Below are positions 1 to 8,774 of a stretch of DNA of 64,000 bases, piece after piece. The stretch's first letter is position 1. Each line of letters opens with the position of its first letter. The translations under genes were made by a program, and so were the position numbers. The DNA is taken from contig CBDHDG010000005.1 in assembly GCA_965261595.1 (NCBI GenBank), positions 128,001-192,000 of the forward strand. Reading direction: 5' to 3'. This stretch comes from a bacterium. Lineage in GTDB: Bacteria > UBA8248 > JACPRG01 > G963555815. The notes under the pieces are model-generated. The model was not told the DNA's origin and searched no databases. It saw only the letters and a program-made list of their open reading frames with translations.

Positions 1-332
1 CTTACAACAATCGGGGATTATTAGTTTCGAAAAGGCTATTCTTTCGAAGCAACGCTTGTAAGAATTTCTTTCTAATTCGCGCTACTTTATCCTAAGATCA
101 CAAGAAATGTCGTGATGGAATACAAGAAAATGAATTTCACCCAACGCGAAAACACAGGTCTCCGGTTGGGGTCCCAGGGTCAGTTCTCGACTTCATACAA
201 TTGTCAGCGCCGGGAGGATTGTCGGTATCCGTTGCCCCCGGCGCCTCGATTCATCACGTGATACCAGGCGCCCTCGTACATCATCCGGAGTGATCGGGCC
301 ATAGACACGGGCACTCATATGATTGTCTCTTG

Positions 333-473
333 TCAATACTGGACCCCAATTCCACGTCTTAGAGGCCGCGGAGAGCAGGGGAGTTTCGACGACTCGATCG
401 CCCGGGCGAATCGCGTCGCATTTTCTTCCTGGAACAGAATCGCCAGGACAGCGAACGTGTCCACCATGCTCAT
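333..473 (-). pseudogene. vapC: VapC PIN-domain toxin, frameshifted/truncated remnant
   Basis: MSMVDTFAVLAILFQEENATRFARAIE resembles a PIN N-terminus; ATGA overlap with the antitoxin stop; the LLSAAS motif continues in another frame and then homology ends. Confidence 0.7.
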
Positions 474-710
474 TTGGGCAAACCATGCTTGTCGTAAAGA
501 ATTCCTTCGGGCGTCCAGGTATCGAGCGTCGGCTGGGACGCGCAGCGCCGACCGATTTCCATCAACCACTCGGCAACGCCCGCGCGGTTCCGCCCTTGGA
601 ACTGGCGATCCAAACGTTTCTCCATCGCCTTGGTCTTGGTCTCGCCGGTCAAACGCACGAACTCCTCGGCCAAACGGCAGGTCGCTTCATTCTTGATGTT
701 CAGGCCGATT
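470..710 (-). pseudogene. vapB: VapB-type (Rv0623-like) antitoxin, start codon apparently lost
   Basis: GLNIKNEATCRLAEEFVRLTGETKT...LYDKHGLPK is the typical family pattern; ATC stands where ATG is expected. Confidence 0.7.
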
Positions 711-863
711 CCGATTCTACCATCTCCACGGCCGTTACGCCAAAACCCCGGGGCCGCGGCAAGGGGCGGCAAAAATCAACGATTAAGTCCTTTACCTTTT
801 CCGCCGAAATGTAAATGGATAAACTTTGGCATCCGTTCGTTCAGTTCGCGCGGAGAGGGCGCA

Positions 864-1349
864 ATGCCGTTTACGATCTTCATCAGTAATAGGCCGGGTG
901 ACATCGACGTCGTTCGGTTCATCGCGTCACAGCTTCAATTGGGCGGGCAAAGACCCCTCATTGCGCATGAGGACCGGCCCCTGAAAGCGGCCCGATCCCT
1001 TCCGAAAATAGTCCGCGAGCGGATTCTGGAGTCCGGGTGCGTCCTGGCGTTGATCTCGAATCAGGGGTCCCAATCGGACCTTGTTCGTCAGGAGGTCGAA
1101 TTCGCGTCCGACAAAAGGCCGATCATCCCCATCGTGCGAGGATCGGTTTCCGCGTCCGGATTGGATTTCCTGCGGGACGCGCAAATCATTCGCTTTTCAG
1201 CCCGGGAGCTCAATCCGTCTTTGGAAGGGCTGATTTCCTGGACGCCCCAAATATCCGTTAAAGGGCGGCCGACGGAAGCCCTCAGACAAATCGCCTTCCT
1301 CACCCTCGGCGCGTTGATGACCTGGCGCATGAGCGGACAACGGGGATGA
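864..1349 (+). CDS. TIR-domain protein with C-terminal hydrophobic helix
   Basis: FTIFIS box-1-like start, CVLALIS strand, SDLVRQEVEFA with conserved Glu, RPIIPIV; C-terminal IAFLTLGALMTW; GGAG upstream. Confidence 0.75.
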   Translation: MPFTIFISNRPGDIDVVRFIASQLQLGGQRPLIAHEDRPLKAARSLPKIVRERILESGCVLALISNQGSQSDLVRQEVEFASDKRPIIPIVRGSVSASGLDFLRDAQIIRFSARELNPSLEGLISWTPQISVKGRPTEALRQIAFLTLGALMTWRMSGQRG

Positions 1350-1619
1350 ACGGGGTTCCACCGCGACGGACCCACCCGAAAACCCGTCCTTTCGCGATTG
1401 GAAGAAGGGCGTTACACTAAGCGGCGGCGCTCACCCCGATTCCAATGGGACTTATATATTTGGGTTAATATTGGGCTTGACGGAGTTATCGGGCCGCCAT
1501 AACATGAAAGGCGACACGAGTAGTGTACAAGACGATTGCAAGCCGAGTGAAACGTGTTCCCTCTGGGAAACACGGCGCGTATTCACCCGTTCAGGGACAA
1601 TCTTCACCGCAAACCGACC

Positions 1620-2060
1620 ATGACCGATCCGGAAATGGAAATTCTACTCAATGATGAATCGAAGAGAATTAACGGCGACATTGTGTGGGGCGGAGACGAG
1701 GACCATTCTCCTGCCGTGCAGTTTTCGGTTGATATCGAATCAGACGACGAATTTCCTCTTGTTGCAAAAGGATGGCACAACCCAGCATCTCAAAAACTTA
1801 ATTACACGATTATTGTTCGACCGGTTGGAAGAATTTATGCACTCGACTTAGGGCAGGAGCATAGAGATTCCAAGGGAGACCGGCACAAACACTATTGGAC
1901 AGAATTGAGGCAAGCTCGGAATACGTACGTGCCAGAAGATATAACGGCCACATCTAATCAGGTAATTGATGCGTGGAATCAATTCTGCACGGAAGCGAAA
2001 CTCCAGCATGCAGGAAGCATGATCTATCCCGCCATTCCCCAGATGGTATTAGGGCTTTAG
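1620..2060 (+). CDS. Conserved hypothetical protein (DUF6978-like)
   Basis: Low-GC ORF with GRIYALDLG...HKHYW; lies directly upstream of a DUF1828-like gene; start uncertain (1554 or 1620). Confidence 0.65.
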   Translation: MTDPEMEILLNDESKRINGDIVWGGDEDHSPAVQFSVDIESDDEFPLVAKGWHNPASQKLNYTIIVRPVGRIYALDLGQEHRDSKGDRHKHYWTELRQARNTYVPEDITATSNQVIDAWNQFCTEAKLQHAGSMIYPAIPQMVLGL

Positions 2061-2062
2061 TA

Positions 2063-2829
2063 ATGGCGACTCCGTGTGAACAAATTGCCGCTAGCATGGG
2101 TGCACTTTTCGAATGCTCGCAGATCAACAGGTATACGCGCATCAGAACACCGTTTCTGTATCCAGACGGAGATGTGATTGACCTTTATTGGGATGAACAA
2201 GACGGAAACATTACCATAACCGACCTTGGGGGATCGCTTGGATGGCTTTCCATGCAAACCGCAAGCCCCAAAAGACTGCCAAACAAAGACGGCTCATTCA
2301 AGATATATGTACGAATCATGGCATTGAGCAATATCGGGGTATGCTGATGCTTCGAGTTAAGCCGGGAGATGATGTTGCGGACAAGGTTTCAAGACTTTCT
2401 CAAGCAGTAATTAGAGTGACCGATTTATGGTTTACTTTTAGGCATCGAGCGGTTCAGTCAATTACCGATGAAGTAGGGGAATTTTTGGGGGAGAAGTCGA
2501 TAAGATATGACCGAGGGGAACGGTTGCCTGGAAGATCGGGCAATATTTGGAAGGTAGATTTCCACACCCGGACAGCATCCAAGAGTTCACTTGTTAATGT
2601 GCTTTGCTCTGGAAGCAAGGCGGCCGCCCATAAGGTGACTGAGCATATCGTGACACTCTGGCACGACCTGAGCCACCTTAACCTGGGGGAAGAATCATTG
2701 CAGTTCGTTTCGCTCCTTGACGATACAGTAGATGTTTGGACGGATGAAGATATCAAATTGGTATCGGAACTCTCAGACTTATCTTATTGGAGCAGACCCG
2801 ACGAATTTGCGGAAAGATTAGTGGCCTGA
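2063..2829 (+). pseudogene. DUF1828/DUF1829-like protein, one frameshift near 2270
   Basis: IRTPFLYPDGDVIDLY...ITITDLG N-domain; C-domain GRSGNIWKVDF; the two frames join at the CCCCAAAAG run. Confidence 0.75.
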
Positions 2830-3030
2830 TTTCCTTCCTACATCTTGTGGTCAGTTAATGTGAAGGCGGGATCTACATATGGTGGCTCACTGTGTCAAGG
2901 GCATAATCACGAAAGAAATGAATGAGAAAGAACAGGATCGCCCCGAGCAAGACTTGGTATTCAGGCTAAAATTGCAAGCCAATCCGGCATTAACCCAAAT
3001 ATATAAGTCCCATTCCAATCAGGGCGGTTT

Positions 3031-4047
3031 ATGAAACTCGGCATCGACCTCGACGGCCGCATTCCCATTTCGGACATGGTGGAGATGTGCCAAGTCGCCG
3101 ACGCGGCGGGGTTCCACTCCGTCTGGGCGGACCAGCACCTGGGCTACCGGGACGCGGTCTCGACCTCCGTCGCCTTCCTCGGCGCGACGAAACACGTGCG
3201 GGTCGTCCCCACCGCCCTCAGCCCCTACGTCGCCCACCCCCTCTACTGGGCCATGGGCGTCGCCACCCTGGCCGAGTGCGCACCGGGCCGGATCGCGCTG
3301 TGCGCCGGGACGGGCAACCCGAACGTCATGGCCGAGATGGGTCTGTCGCCCAAGAAACCCCTCGCCTCCATGCGAGAGATGATCACCGCCACCCGGCGGC
3401 TCTGGGACGCCGGCCGGCAGCGCGTCGAGTTTCGCGGCGAGACGCTGAACCTTTACGGCGCTCACATCGATTTCGACCTCCCGGAGGCGAGAATTCCCAT
3501 CTACCTGGCGGCCGTGGGACCGAAGATGTATCGGCTCGCCGGGGAGGCGGCCGACGGCGTCGTCCTTTCCGCCGGGGTCTCCGCGCCTTACATTCAGTGG
3601 GTGCTGGAGCAGGTCGAAAAGGGCCGAAGGAAGCGGGACGGCGGCGGGGGGGGCGGCGCCGGGAACGGCTTCCTGGTCGCGGGGCTGATCGTGACCTCGA
3701 TCTTCGAGACGTATGAAGAGGCGCTTGCGGCCAGTCAGGCCGGTCTCGCCTACCTCCTCCGGAACCCGGCCCTCAAGGCGAGCCACGAAGTCAGCGGGGC
3801 GAAACTGGACCTGGACGCCATCAACGACGCCTTCGTTAAAGAGGACCGGGAGGCGATCCGGCGGCTCATCCCCGAGGAGGTCGTCCACGCGTACAGCGTC
3901 ACCGGAACGCCCGAGATGGCGGCGGACCGAATCACGGAGTTCATCGATGCGGGTCTCGAGGTCCCCGTCCTGGCCTTGCGCGGGACGGCGGAAGAGAGGA
4001 AAAAGGCCCTGCGGCTTTTGGCCGATGGGCTCGCATCCAACCCATAA
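3031..4047 (+). CDS. LLM-class (Mer-like) flavin/F420-dependent oxidoreductase
   Basis: AGFHSVWADQH, APGRIALCAGTG, IPIYLAAVGPKMYRLAGEAADGV. Confidence 0.9.
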   Translation: MKLGIDLDGRIPISDMVEMCQVADAAGFHSVWADQHLGYRDAVSTSVAFLGATKHVRVVPTALSPYVAHPLYWAMGVATLAECAPGRIALCAGTGNPNVMAEMGLSPKKPLASMREMITATRRLWDAGRQRVEFRGETLNLYGAHIDFDLPEARIPIYLAAVGPKMYRLAGEAADGVVLSAGVSAPYIQWVLEQVEKGRRKRDGGGGGGAGNGFLVAGLIVTSIFETYEEALAASQAGLAYLLRNPALKASHEVSGAKLDLDAINDAFVKEDREAIRRLIPEEVVHAYSVTGTPEMAADRITEFIDAGLEVPVLALRGTAEERKKALRLLADGLASNP

Positions 4048-4062
4048 GGGAGGGCGATTTTC

Positions 4063-4530
4063 ATGAGCGACGGGCACGAAAAATTCCTGGCGATGGCTAT
4101 CGAGGAGGCGCGCAAGGGACTACAGAAGGGAGAGCAGCCTTTCGGCTCGGTCATCGTCCGCAACGGGGAGGTCGTCGGCCGGGCCTACAACACCGTCAAC
4201 TCCTCCGGGGACCCGACGACCCACGCGGAAACGTCCGCCGTTCGCGACGCTTCAGCCAACCTGAAGGGTTCCGACTGGAAGGAGTGCACCCTCTACACCT
4301 CGTGCGACCCCTGCCCGATGTGCTGCGGGGCGACGCTGTTTTCCGGCATCGAGCGGCTGGTCATAGGCGCGCGCTCCGCGAAACTGGCGGAGATCCGGGG
4401 CCAATCCCCGAGGACCTACTCCGCCGAGAACCTCGCCGGGCAGATGCACATGAAGCTCGAGGTCATCCGGGGGGTTTTGCAAACCGAGGCCGAGGAGGTC
4501 CTGGCGAAATTCGACTGGTCCACATTGTAG
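4063..4530 (+). CDS. Zn-dependent nucleobase/nucleoside deaminase (CDA fold), copy 1
   Basis: PFGSVIV, DPTTHAE, PCPMC. Confidence 0.9.
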   Translation: MSDGHEKFLAMAIEEARKGLQKGEQPFGSVIVRNGEVVGRAYNTVNSSGDPTTHAETSAVRDASANLKGSDWKECTLYTSCDPCPMCCGATLFSGIERLVIGARSAKLAEIRGQSPRTYSAENLAGQMHMKLEVIRGVLQTEAEEVLAKFDWSTL

Positions 4531-4705
4531 GGTGCTGTCCGCGCTGGGAGGCGACGCTCTACAGATGGCCGTGAAAGACTTACGCGCGTCGTATCCGGGC
4601 GGGCATCTTGCCCGGCCCAAAGACTTAAGGACGCATGAGAAACATGACACCCCCTCGGATCTATCCGGTTCCAAGACATCGGGCAGCGAAGACAGGAGAA
4701 TCCCC

Positions 4706-5350
4706 ATGAGCGTCGACCACGAGAAGTTCATGGCCCTGGCCGTCGAGGAGTCGCGGGCCGGGCTCCGGGCGGGCGACCGGCCCTTCGGGTCCGTCGTCGT
4801 CCGGGACGGGGAGGTCGTCGGGCGCGCATACGCCAATCCCCGCTCGACCGGGGACCCGACGGCGCACGCGGAGGTGATGGCCATTCGCGACGCGGCGGCG
4901 AACCTGAAAAGCCTGTCCCTGAAGGGCTGCACCCTCTACACCTCGTGCGACCCCTGCCCGATGTGCTGCGGCGCCATACTCTTTTCCGGCATCGACACCC
5001 TCGTCGTAGGGGCCCGCTCCGCCGCCCTGGCGCGCATCTCCAATCGAACCCCGAGAACTTACACGGCCGAAGGCCTCAGCGAACAGATGAACATGACACT
5101 CGAGGTCATCCGGGGGATTTTGGAGACCGAGGCCAAGAAAGTCCTGGAAGAATTCGGCTGGTCCAAGGAGATAGGGTGCTGTCCGCGCAATTTATCAATG
5201 ATCGTGAAAGGCTTACGCGCGTCGTATCCGGGCGGGCAAGGGGTCAACCGACCCGCTGCCCGCCCTACCGGATATTGGAAGAGTCAGCCCGTACACGGCC
5301 CGGTAGGCCGGGCATCCTGCCCGGCGCCAACTCGCACCCCGATTCGGTAG
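4706..5350 (+). CDS. Zn-dependent deaminase, copy 2 (homology ends ~5172; ORF runs on through the repeats)
   Basis: PFGSVVV, DPTAHAE, PCPMC; AGGAG RBS; the TAG equivalent to the copy-1 stop is out of frame. Confidence 0.85.
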   Translation: MSVDHEKFMALAVEESRAGLRAGDRPFGSVVVRDGEVVGRAYANPRSTGDPTAHAEVMAIRDAAANLKSLSLKGCTLYTSCDPCPMCCGAILFSGIDTLVVGARSAALARISNRTPRTYTAEGLSEQMNMTLEVIRGILETEAKKVLEEFGWSKEIGCCPRNLSMIVKGLRASYPGGQGVNRPAARPTGYWKSQPVHGPVGRASCPAPTRTPIR

Positions 5351-5369
5351 GCCGGGCATCCTGCCCGGC
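5230..5369. repeat. Cluster of GTAG-type REP palindromes
   Basis: GTAG-GCCGGGCA-TCC-TGCCCGGC at 5303-5325 and 5347-5369; inverted GGGCGGGCA...TGCCCGCCCTAC at 5230-5268. Confidence 0.85.
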
Positions 5370-5457
5370 CCAAAGTGTAAGGGCGTATGAGAAACATGAC
5401 ACCCCTTCGGATCCACCCGGTTCCAAAACATCGACCACCGGAAACAGGAGAATCCCC

Positions 5458-5958
5458 ATGAGCGTCGACCACGAGAAGTTCATGGCCCTGGCCATCGAGG
5501 AATCCCGCGCCGCCGTCCGGAGCGGAGAGCGGCCCTTCGGGTCGGTCATCGTCCGGGACGGAGAGGTCGTGGGCCGGGGCCGCAACATCGTCAACTCCAC
5601 CGGAGACCCCACGGCCCACGCGGAGACCTCGGCCATCCGCGACGCGGCGGCCAACCTCAAGACCCCAAAATTGACCGGGTGCACCCTCTACACCTCGTGC
5701 CACCCCTGTCCCATGTGCGCCGGCGCCACGCTTTGGTCCGGGGCGGGGACCATCGTCATCGGCGCGAGCCCGGCCGCCCTCAAGCGCGAATCCGGAGCGA
5801 TTTACGACATGAACGATTACACCATCGAGCGCGTCGTCGAGCTGATCGGCCTGGACCTGGAGGTCGTCAACGGGGTGCTGGAAGAGGAAGCCGAGGCCGT
5901 CTTCCGGGAGTACAAGGACTGGGGCGACGCCTCGCCCAATGTCCTCCGGTCGGAATAG
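5458..5958 (+). CDS. Zn-dependent deaminase, copy 3
   Basis: PFGSVIV, DPTAHAE, PCPMC; AGGAG RBS. Confidence 0.9.
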   Translation: MSVDHEKFMALAIEESRAAVRSGERPFGSVIVRDGEVVGRGRNIVNSTGDPTAHAETSAIRDAAANLKTPKLTGCTLYTSCHPCPMCAGATLWSGAGTIVIGASPAALKRESGAIYDMNDYTIERVVELIGLDLEVVNGVLEEEAEAVFREYKDWGDASPNVLRSE

Positions 5959-6003
5959 CGCCTCGCCCTGCCTGTTTTGAAAACACCGCTTGTCCACCGG
6001 CCG

Positions 6004-6069
6004 GCAGGCCGGGCATCTTGCCCGGCGCCAACTCGCAACCCGATCGGTAGGCCGGGCATCCTGCCCGGC
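6004..6069. repeat. REP palindrome pair
   Basis: GCAGGCCGGGCATCTTGCCCGGC (6004-6026) and GTAGGCCGGGCATCCTGCCCGGC (6047-6069); spacer similar to that in 5303-5369. Confidence 0.85.
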
Positions 6070-6158
6070 CCAAAGACTTAAGGACGCATGAGAAACATGA
6101 CACCCACGCGGATCTATCCGGTTCCAAAACATCGGACAGCGAAGACAGGAGCATCCCC

Positions 6159-6656
6159 GTGAGCGGCGATCACGAAAAATTCATGGCCCTGGCCATTCAG
6201 GAAGCGGAGGACGGCGTGAAGGAGGGGCACCTGCCTTACGGGGGCGTCATCGTCAAGGACGGCGAGGTCCTCGGCCGGGGGAAAAGCGTCGGCATCTCCC
6301 TGAAGGATCCCACGTGCCACGCGGAGATGATGGCGATCCGGGAGGCGGCGAAGAAGATGCGCTCGGGGGACATGCGAGGCTGCGTCCTGTACGCCAACTG
6401 CGACCCCTGTCCCATGTGCGCCGGCGCCGCCATCTACTCCGGCGTCGGAACCGTCGTCATCGGCGCGGGACCCGAGGCCCTGCGGCGCTGCTCCAACGGG
6501 CGGTATGACCTGGGGGACTACACCATCGAACGGCTCGTCGGGCTGACGGGCATGAATGTGAAGGTCATCCGCGGGGTCCTGGAGGAAAGGGCCGAAGCCG
6601 TCTTCAAGGACTTCGGCGACTGGGACATCGCCGCGCCCCCCGATCCAACCGCGTGA
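6159..6656 (+). CDS. Zn-dependent deaminase, copy 4
   Basis: PYGGVIV, DPTCHAE, PCPMC; GTG start after AGGAG. Confidence 0.9.
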   Translation: MSGDHEKFMALAIQEAEDGVKEGHLPYGGVIVKDGEVLGRGKSVGISLKDPTCHAEMMAIREAAKKMRSGDMRGCVLYANCDPCPMCAGAAIYSGVGTVVIGAGPEALRRCSNGRYDLGDYTIERLVGLTGMNVKVIRGVLEERAEAVFKDFGDWDIAAPPDPTA

Positions 6657-6693
6657 TTTCCCCGTAGACTCTTCTCTTTGCGAAAACCTCGGG

Positions 6694-7370
6694 TCAGGAC
6701 GGCGGCGGTCCGGCCGGCGCGCCTTTTCGCCGAACCCAGATTTCAAAATCCGGGTCTTCGTCCGAAGCCCCCGGTCCGAGCCAGTCTCCGGGCGGAAGAG
6801 GGGCGTAGTCCCGGAAAACCCGGTCCCGCAACCGGGTCGATCCCTCTCCGGCGAGCCGTACAGGCTGAACCGTGCTCTTCCAGAAAAGCGACTTGCGGTT
6901 CACCACCAGAAAGCGGACGCGCGGCAGCCTCTCGACGATGCTCTCCTGCATCTCCGGCGTCAGCAAACCCCAGGTCGTGGCGTTATAGCGGGTGACGCTC
7001 GGCCTTCCCGTCCAGATGTAGATGCTCGACATTCCCGGCATGGTGAAAATCGGCTCGCCCGGCGCCGTGCGTCTCCGGAGATACCGGATCAGGGCCTCCA
7101 ATTTGGGGGCGATCTCCGATTGAAACCGGACCCCCGCGGCGGACGGCGCGGACAGGGGGATTCCCTTTTGGCGCTCCTTCGCCAGGGGAATCACCCCCAG
7201 GCCCAGGAACGGCAGCAGGAAGGCGAGCGTCGCCGCCGGGAACACCAGCTCGGCGATCGAGCGGGACACCGGAAGATTGAGAGGCCGCCGGTTTTTCTCG
7301 GGCAGCTTGCGTCGATCCAGCAGCGCATACGTAAGCGCGCCGGCCAGGAGGACGACGAGGGGCGTCGCAG
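6694..7370 (-). pseudogene. C-terminal part of a membrane protein (possibly GT-C-like), 5' end removed at the IS
   Basis: Two hydrophobic helices, then YLRRRTAPGEPIF...IYIWTGRP; the frame begins inside the IS end. Confidence 0.6.
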
Positions 7371-7436
7371 TCCCCCGCTCTAGGGTTTTGTTGGACACTC
7401 GATTGATCCATGATTCATGGAGAAAGGGGTGTCGCG

Positions 7437-7823
7437 ATGAACGAACAAAAGCAAGAGGGGGCTTTGGCGGAGGGCGCCCGCAGGGCGAACGGAGCCAAGG
7501 CCCCAGGGCATCGCAGTGAGCGGGGTCGGTTCTCCTGCCAGCGCAAGCGGGAGGCGGTCCTGCGTCTTTTGCGGGGCGAGAGCCTGGAGACGCTCTGCCG
7601 CGAGTTGGGCACGACAGCGGCTCGGCTTTCCGCCTGGCGCGAGGCGTTCCTTCGCGGGGGCGAGGCGGCGCTCAAAGCCCGCCCGGCGGATGAGCGGGAC
7701 GAGGAGAACGCCCGGCTCAAGGCCAAGGTGGGCGAACTCACGATGGAGGGCGAGGTCCTGCGGGAGAAGATCGACCGCCTGGAGGCCGGCCGCCCTTTAG
7801 CCGGCAGGAGGTGGAGGCGATGA
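7437..7823 (+). CDS. IS3 OrfA (HTH)
   Basis: KREAVLRLLRGES, LKAKVGEL coiled coil. Confidence 0.9.
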   Translation: MNEQKQEGALAEGARRANGAKAPGHRSERGRFSCQRKREAVLRLLRGESLETLCRELGTTAARLSAWREAFLRGGEAALKARPADERDEENARLKAKVGELTMEGEVLREKIDRLEAGRPLAGRRWRR

Positions 7824-8728
7824 GTCAGGCCCGCTTCACCTCCACGGGCAGAGCCTACGGCCTGAAGCGGGTGTGCGCCCTTTGGGGCTTGGCGCGCTCC
7901 ACGGTCTACGCGCAACGGCGGCGAGAGGCGGTCCCCGTTCATGAACGCCCCACGCCCAATAAGCGCGGCCCTGTGGGCCCGTGCACCGATGCGGAACTCC
8001 TCGGCCACATCCGGCAGGTCCTGGAGGACTCTCCCTTCCATGGCGAGGGCTGCCGCAAGGTGTGGGCGAGGCTGCGCTTCGCGGGCATCCGCACCAGCAA
8101 GGAGCGGGTGCGTCGCCTGATGCGGGAGGCGGGGCTTCAGGCCCCCCACCGGGTGGGCAAACCCCGAGGTCCCAAAGCCCACAACGGGACCATCCGCACC
8201 GAGCGGCCCGACCGAATGTGGGGCACGCACATGACGACGACGGTGACCACCGAGGAGGGGATGGCCTCGGTGTTCGTGGCGGTGGATCACTGCTCGGTGG
8301 ACTGCGTGGGGATCCATGCGGCCAAGAGCGGCAACCGCTTCGAGGCCCTGGAGCCGATCCGGCAGGGGGTCGCCGAGCGCTTCGCCGGCTTGGAGGCGGA
8401 CGTCGCCGAGGGGCTTAAAGTTCGTCACGACCACGGCCCCGCCTATCTGTCCGATGACTTTCAGCGGGAGATCGCCTACCTGGGCATGACCAGTTCGCCC
8501 AGCTTCGTGCGGGCGCCCGAGGGAAATGGCTACTGTGAGTGGTTCATCCGCATCTTGAAGGAGAATCTCCTGTGGGTGCGCTCTTTCGCCACCGTAGAGG
8601 AACTGCGGTGGGCGCTGCTTGAGTTCAAGAACCTGTACAACCATCATTGGATTCTCGAGGGCTACGGCTACCGAACGCCGGCCCAGGCAAGGCAGGAAAA
8701 ACTCGCTCAAGTTGCGGAGGCCGCATGA
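7811..8728 (+). CDS. IS3 OrfB DDE transposase (first Asp changed to His)
   Basis: WGTHMT here versus WGTDMT/WSTDMT in the other copies; RHDHG; PEGNGYCE. Confidence 0.9.
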   Translation: MEAMSQARFTSTGRAYGLKRVCALWGLARSTVYAQRRREAVPVHERPTPNKRGPVGPCTDAELLGHIRQVLEDSPFHGEGCRKVWARLRFAGIRTSKERVRRLMREAGLQAPHRVGKPRGPKAHNGTIRTERPDRMWGTHMTTTVTTEEGMASVFVAVDHCSVDCVGIHAAKSGNRFEALEPIRQGVAERFAGLEADVAEGLKVRHDHGPAYLSDDFQREIAYLGMTSSPSFVRAPEGNGYCEWFIRILKENLLWVRSFATVEELRWALLEFKNLYNHHWILEGYGYRTPAQARQEKLAQVAEAA

Positions 8729-8774
8729 GGTCGAATACCCTCACCCGAGTGTCCAATAACCCAGGGGCGGTCCA

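Larger units (their letters stand above)
1447..3011. mobile_element. Non-autonomous transposon (IS1595-family-like cassette) carrying passenger genes
   Basis: Perfect 23-bp TIR GGGACTTATATATTTGGGTTAAT (1447-1469 / 2989-3011); 8-bp direct repeat ATTCCAAT (1439-1446 / 3012-3019); lower GC than the flanks; no transposase ORF. Confidence 0.9.
7371..8774 (+). mobile_element. IS3-family element, copy 1 (1404 bp)
   Basis: Near-identical to 26007-27410 and 33775-35178; imperfect IRs sharing TTGGACACTCG; no TSD. Confidence 0.95.

Noticed and set aside
1..95. YNNRG TPR-like tail at the window start
   Set aside because: Too short to support a call
2266..2276. Programmed frameshift in the DUF1828-like gene (also 48348 and 49140)
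   Set aside because: Single-base indels, some in short homopolymers, with no stimulatory element seen; mutation or sequencing error is simpler
4528..6158. Repeats as a CRISPR array or integron attC sites
   Set aside because: No constant-length unique spacers, no cas or intI gene, and no RYYYAAC/GTTRRRY ends; they fit REP plus duplicated leader
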